DNA of 63,715 nucleotides, the filler included, from Sphacelaria rigidula (lineage: Eukaryota): assembly GCA_964200075.2 (NCBI GenBank). It is 11 parts of 11 records of this genome, joined end to end, with 100 filler letters (N's around TTAATTAATTAA, not from the genome) between each part and the next. Parts side by side here need not be neighbours in the genome. Positions count along the whole stretch, not along the records: positions 58,015 to 63,715 come from CAXNAA020025139.1; 10 more parts are not named here. One strand, written 5' to 3'. This document shows positions 59,560-63,715 of this stretch, in pieces (within the stretch, counting starts at the first letter, position 1; each line of letters starts with the position of its first letter). The notes under the pieces were generated by a model. It saw only the letters and a program-made list of their open reading frames with translations, ran no database searches and was not told where the DNA came from. Position numbers and translations under genes: made by a program.

Positions 59560-62500
59560 AAATTGGCACGATACTTAGGATACTTGGAGTTATCCGGCTT
59601 CTCGATTTGTCGGATTTCCCATCCAGTACGTCAAAATCACTCGACCATATTGTTGCACATCCTCATGCTCCTACCTGGGCCTTCCCGAATTCTCCCTATA
59701 AAGTAAATATTGTACTGAGAGTTCCCCACCCAGACCGCGGGATAAACCGTGATTCACAATCTTTGTGGGCTTTAGCCTGTATGTGTCCAGCTGTATCGAC
59801 ACATCCTCCTCTATTAGATGTAACGGGGGTGACAGTTGCGAATATTGATCCAACACGTATTGACTCAACCCCCAAGGGTGAAGACTTCGGCGGCTCCGGA
59901 TCATCTTTAGGATTGTAACACCGTTTGCATCTCAACACAGAAACTCGAGGACTCATGATCGCCCCCGGCTCATTTTCCCGGAGCTCAGTCAACAGTAGTT
60001 TTTCTCCTACTAGTTCTCGCTTTTCCGAAATACCTGGTCCTACCACCAAGATTTTGTATGGTCCTCTCCAGGAATGCGACAGTTTCGACGATAAAGCTGT
60101 TCCCCCGCCCCCTTCACGTACCGCACCTCCACCCGACATGATGGTACCCTTGGTATCGTAAACAAATACCCAATTGCCTACTTCCCACTTTGGCCTTCGA
60201 TTCAGAGCTTCTTCCACCTAGTTTTTGGCTGACTCATGTTTGGATTTGAGGAGATAGTCTTCCTGTCCCACAAAATCATATGCTTTGGTTTGACGATCCT
60301 TGATCAGCTGCAAATGTTCCAGTTGGTCCGCTTTCAACCCTTGGTGTCCGAACACATCCCTTTTTTTCAAGGACGGTCGTGGGTAACTTTGAATATCTCC
60401 CAATATGCACCTCATTCGGCGCCGACTCTATTCCTCTACTAACGTTGTTGTTTTGTGCAGAAATTGCGTGTAACAATAGCTCATCCCAGTCTTTCTGGTC
60501 ATCGGCCACTAGATACGACAACATCTGACATAACGTGTGGTTCAGTCGCTCTACCGTCCCATTCGTTTGTGGATGATACGCACTCGTGTATCGTTTCACG
60601 GCTCCCAACATCTCGTGGACAATCCGTGCTACGTATGCCGTAAATTCCGTTCCTCCATCCGAGAGTGACGTGTGAGGACTTGGAATGTGGCCATGCACTA
60701 AACTATTCGCACAACCTTCCGCAGTTTTTTCTTAGTTAGTAAGGGCACAGGCTTCTGCATGTCTACTAAACAGATCCACCATCAAAATAGTATATGTATT
60801 TCCCTTCGTTAATTTTGATACCGAACCCAACAAATCAAACGAAACCATCTGCCCGGATTGACTCGGCAGTGGTAGGGAAATAAGTAGCCATCTCACTGTA
60901 TGTCTCGGATTTCTCTGAGCCTGACATGTATAACATCCCCTACTCCAGAATTTTACACTGCCCTTCATTCCAATCCACCAGTCATACCGTTTCAACAAAG
61001 ATAACGTCACGCAAGGTCTTTGTGGGTCTGGTCCATTACGCAAGGTCTCAAAAGCAGTGGCACATGCGTTCTGGTTGGCTCTTCTCCCAAATATCTCTCA
61101 AATTGTCCCGGGTTTTGGTCAGTTGACTGGGCATTGGCATCTGCTCCCTTATTAATAATAAACCTCCGTCCGGTACTTCCAAAATCGTTCTCTGTTTCAG
61201 TAATCTTTTGAACTCGGATAGGTCAATTTGTGTAGGGGCCCCCTTTTCTTGATCCTTCGTCAACACCGTCACTTGTTTTTTCAAATATTCGATGACGGTC
61301 CTAGACGTGAGATCTTCCTGCTGTATTTGAGCCCAATCTGTTGCCGATCTCTGGCATAACTGCTCTCCAAAATGACAGGCTTCGTCCGCTTCCAGAGTCG
61401 GTGATACCGTTGTTAATAGCCCCGCTACTGCTACCTATATCAGTTGTGGGTTCGATTACTGACCAGGCTCTGTGTTCTTGAGGTTGTAGCAATCTTCTCC
61501 CTACTTCCTTGATCGAACATGCATCCAAGGTTAAACCCTGTTCCCGTTGTCCACTGACCATGTTATTCATCTGGGGGGATGTTAACGGTGAGTCCTCCGG
61601 TACCACGTGCGAAGACTTATCCGCGTTTTTCCTCCCCACTACTACTACCCCTCGCTCTTTGCAGCTCAATCCATTTTTGTTAAGCTTTTTCAGAGGTCGT
61701 GATCGGTACTGCGCTTACTCCTGTTCCCCTAATTTTTTTGAACCGATCCAGGGTCCAGCCCATTCAAGCTTGAATCGTGAGTACTCACTACGGATCCCAT
61801 ATGTCCCTTCCCAGTCGGGCTTTTAGAAATGCTTGGCCATACTCCACCATCACCAATGAGATAGACATCCATGTCTCATTGGTCCGTGAGTTAGGTATCT
61901 CCAAACATATCATCATCATCCGGCGGCTGTGGTGAACGAGACAGCATATCAGCATTCGCCCTGGCTTGTACTTGATTTCGTAAGTGTATGCACTGAAAAA
62001 GTCGTGCCAGCGCTGGACTCTCGGAACGTTTCCTGCGAGGCTCAATGAATTTCGCAACGGTTGGTGATCGGTATGAATATCAAACGGCACGCCGTTGAAA
62101 AGTGATACTTTCTTTTTGATGGCCCACACAAAGGCCGCTGCTTCTAATTCGGACACACTCCGATTTCTGTCGTTGGAAACCGTTCCTCTGCTTACGAAAA
62201 CAAGAGGTCGAACCTTCTTATCTTCTTAACGTTGTTCAACCACCGCGCCCAGACCATCCAGGGATGCATCCGTGGTAAGCGTAGACGGTCGCTTTTCCGA
62301 CGCTGCAACCTCATAACTGGGAAACGCTCACACATTCGTGCTTGTCAAGGATGATTACATTTTCCTGACTACAGATTCATGTTCTAGGGTAAATTGAAAG
62401 CGAACCTCTTTCTCGAGACATTACGTGAAAGGTCTGATTCTGGCAGCCATCCGCTGAATGAAATTACGGTGAAACCCCAAACCTCCCAACAACGATCTGA

Positions 62501-62950
62501 GCTGGGACACATCAGACGGCATTGACATCTTGTTTGAAGCCTGTACCTTCTCCTGGTGCGGGGAAATTCCATCGGCGGAGATGTGATACCCTGAAAATTT
62601 AGTTTCTCGTGCCCCTACATGTGCCTTTCTCAGTGCCAACTCAAGGCTGTACTTGGTTGGTCGCTGAAAAAGACCTTGAGGCGACATCGTTCCAGACCAT
62701 CACATATTCGCGCCATGATGGACTGGAACCAACCGGACTTCGACCACATCCCATCGGCATGACCAACCATTCATACAGACCACTCTGCGTGCAAATCGCC
62801 GTTAACGGAATTGCGAAGTGTATAGCCACGGTAAAGCAGCAGGATGTGATGTCCAAATACGGAAATATTTTGGCTCCCCCCAATTGATCCAGGACTTCTT
62901 TGATAATTGGAAGTGGCAACACGGGGAATTTCGTACTGTTACGAGCTGGT
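59560..62950 (-). mobile_element. pol: Degenerate Ty3/Gypsy LTR retrotransposon pol (RT-RNase H-integrase, chromodomain-like C-terminus)
   Basis: Domain order RT (PLPIIKEVLDQLGGAKIF...GLYEWLVMPMG; DVSQLRSLLG), RNase H (TTDASLDGLGAV; ELEAAAFVWAI; HTDHQPL), integrase (WWIGM...CYTCQ; VDLFSR; SDGGTEF; YHPQTNGTVERLNHTL; WRGPYKI); many frameshifts and stops. Confidence 0.93.
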
Positions 62951-62982
62951 TCAGATTGAACGCCCAAAATTCTTTCCCCGGG

Positions 62983-63248
62983 ATTTCCTCACGCCGTTTT
63001 TTTTTAGTTAGACCACGAAAATTTGCACGCATGTTCTTGAGGGCACCATCTAAAACTCGAAGACCGTTTTATTTTTATTTTTTTGGTGTCGAGATAGTCG
63101 GGATCTGATCCCTCCCCCGGTCAAGTAGGTCGACCGCGACCTTGGATAAAAAGCCACAAAAAAAAACGGTCTTGGAGTTTTAGATAGTGCCCTCCAGAAC
63201 ATGTGTGCAACTGTTTGTGATCTAACTCGAAAAACGGCGTGAGGAAAT
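62983..63248. repeat. Inverted repeat, ~88-bp arms (62983-63070, 63163-63248)
   Basis: atttcctcacgccgttttt...agggcaccatctaaaactcgaagaccgtttt versus aaaacggtcttggagttttagatagtgccct...aaaaacggcgtgaggaaat. Confidence 0.8.
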
Positions 63249-63715
63249 GCCAAAACGTGCGTTGAAGTAAAAACAAGTCTGTAATTATTTTATTAAAGTA
63301 CATAATCGCCTTTTTGGGGGGTTGTTTTTACGGTAATAGACCCAGCTGATTCAGTTTTTCGAGTTGAGCAACGAAAATTGGTATACATGTTCCTTGGGAT
63401 ACCACCTAACCCTAGGGTGTCAAAATTTTGGTATTGGGGCATTCTGTACCGGTTTCCTGGGGGGTCTTTATGCTGGGACCCCCGGAAGCCGGTAGAGAAC
63501 GGAGAAACTTTGAAATCTGGTCAAGAATTGAATTTTTCCATTCAGAGCATCAATACCTACGAAACTGCCAAGTTTGAGGATATTCTGAGCATTTCTTCAA
63601 CAGATAAAAGGGAAATCGTCTCGAGGCTCCGTGGGTCTTTCGTACTTACCATGAGTGGAAATTAGACGACGCCAAAGCTCCACATCTCCGAAACATGACG
63701 GTTTCGGGCAAAATT

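Overview
This is eukaryotic genomic DNA, most likely from a brown alga or related stramenopile. That is inferred from short GC-rich exons in long repeat-rich GT-AG introns and a plastid-type ABC1 kinase. It is NOT one locus. Ten identical 100-bp linkers (N44-TTAATTAATTAA-N44) join 11 contigs of 5702/5701 bp in size order, so adjacency across a linker means nothing. Spliced partial genes rebuilt by hand with phase-consistent junctions: an AhpD/CMD-like protein (contig 5), a K/R/S/D-rich C-terminus (contig 6), an ABC1K6-like kinase (contig 7), a PHD finger + BRWD/PHIP-type Tudor-like domain protein (contig 8), a RING region probably from an SNF2 helicase (contig 9) and an RCC1-repeat protein (contig 10). 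Mobile and repetitive DNA: a decayed RTE-type LINE, a decayed Ty3/Gypsy pol with a chromodomain-like tail, a tRNA-derived SINE, an abundant dispersed repeat family, several long inverted repeats and tandem arrays (63, 85, ~140, ~41 bp). I found no CRISPR array, rRNA, intact tRNA or clearly complete novel system. The best leads are an unassigned 503-aa Cys-rich intronless ORF with an upstream 96-bp palindrome, a 63-bp array with codon-like variation, a WD40-less PHD-cryptoTudor architecture and a shadow copy of a PHD exon end inside its own intron.
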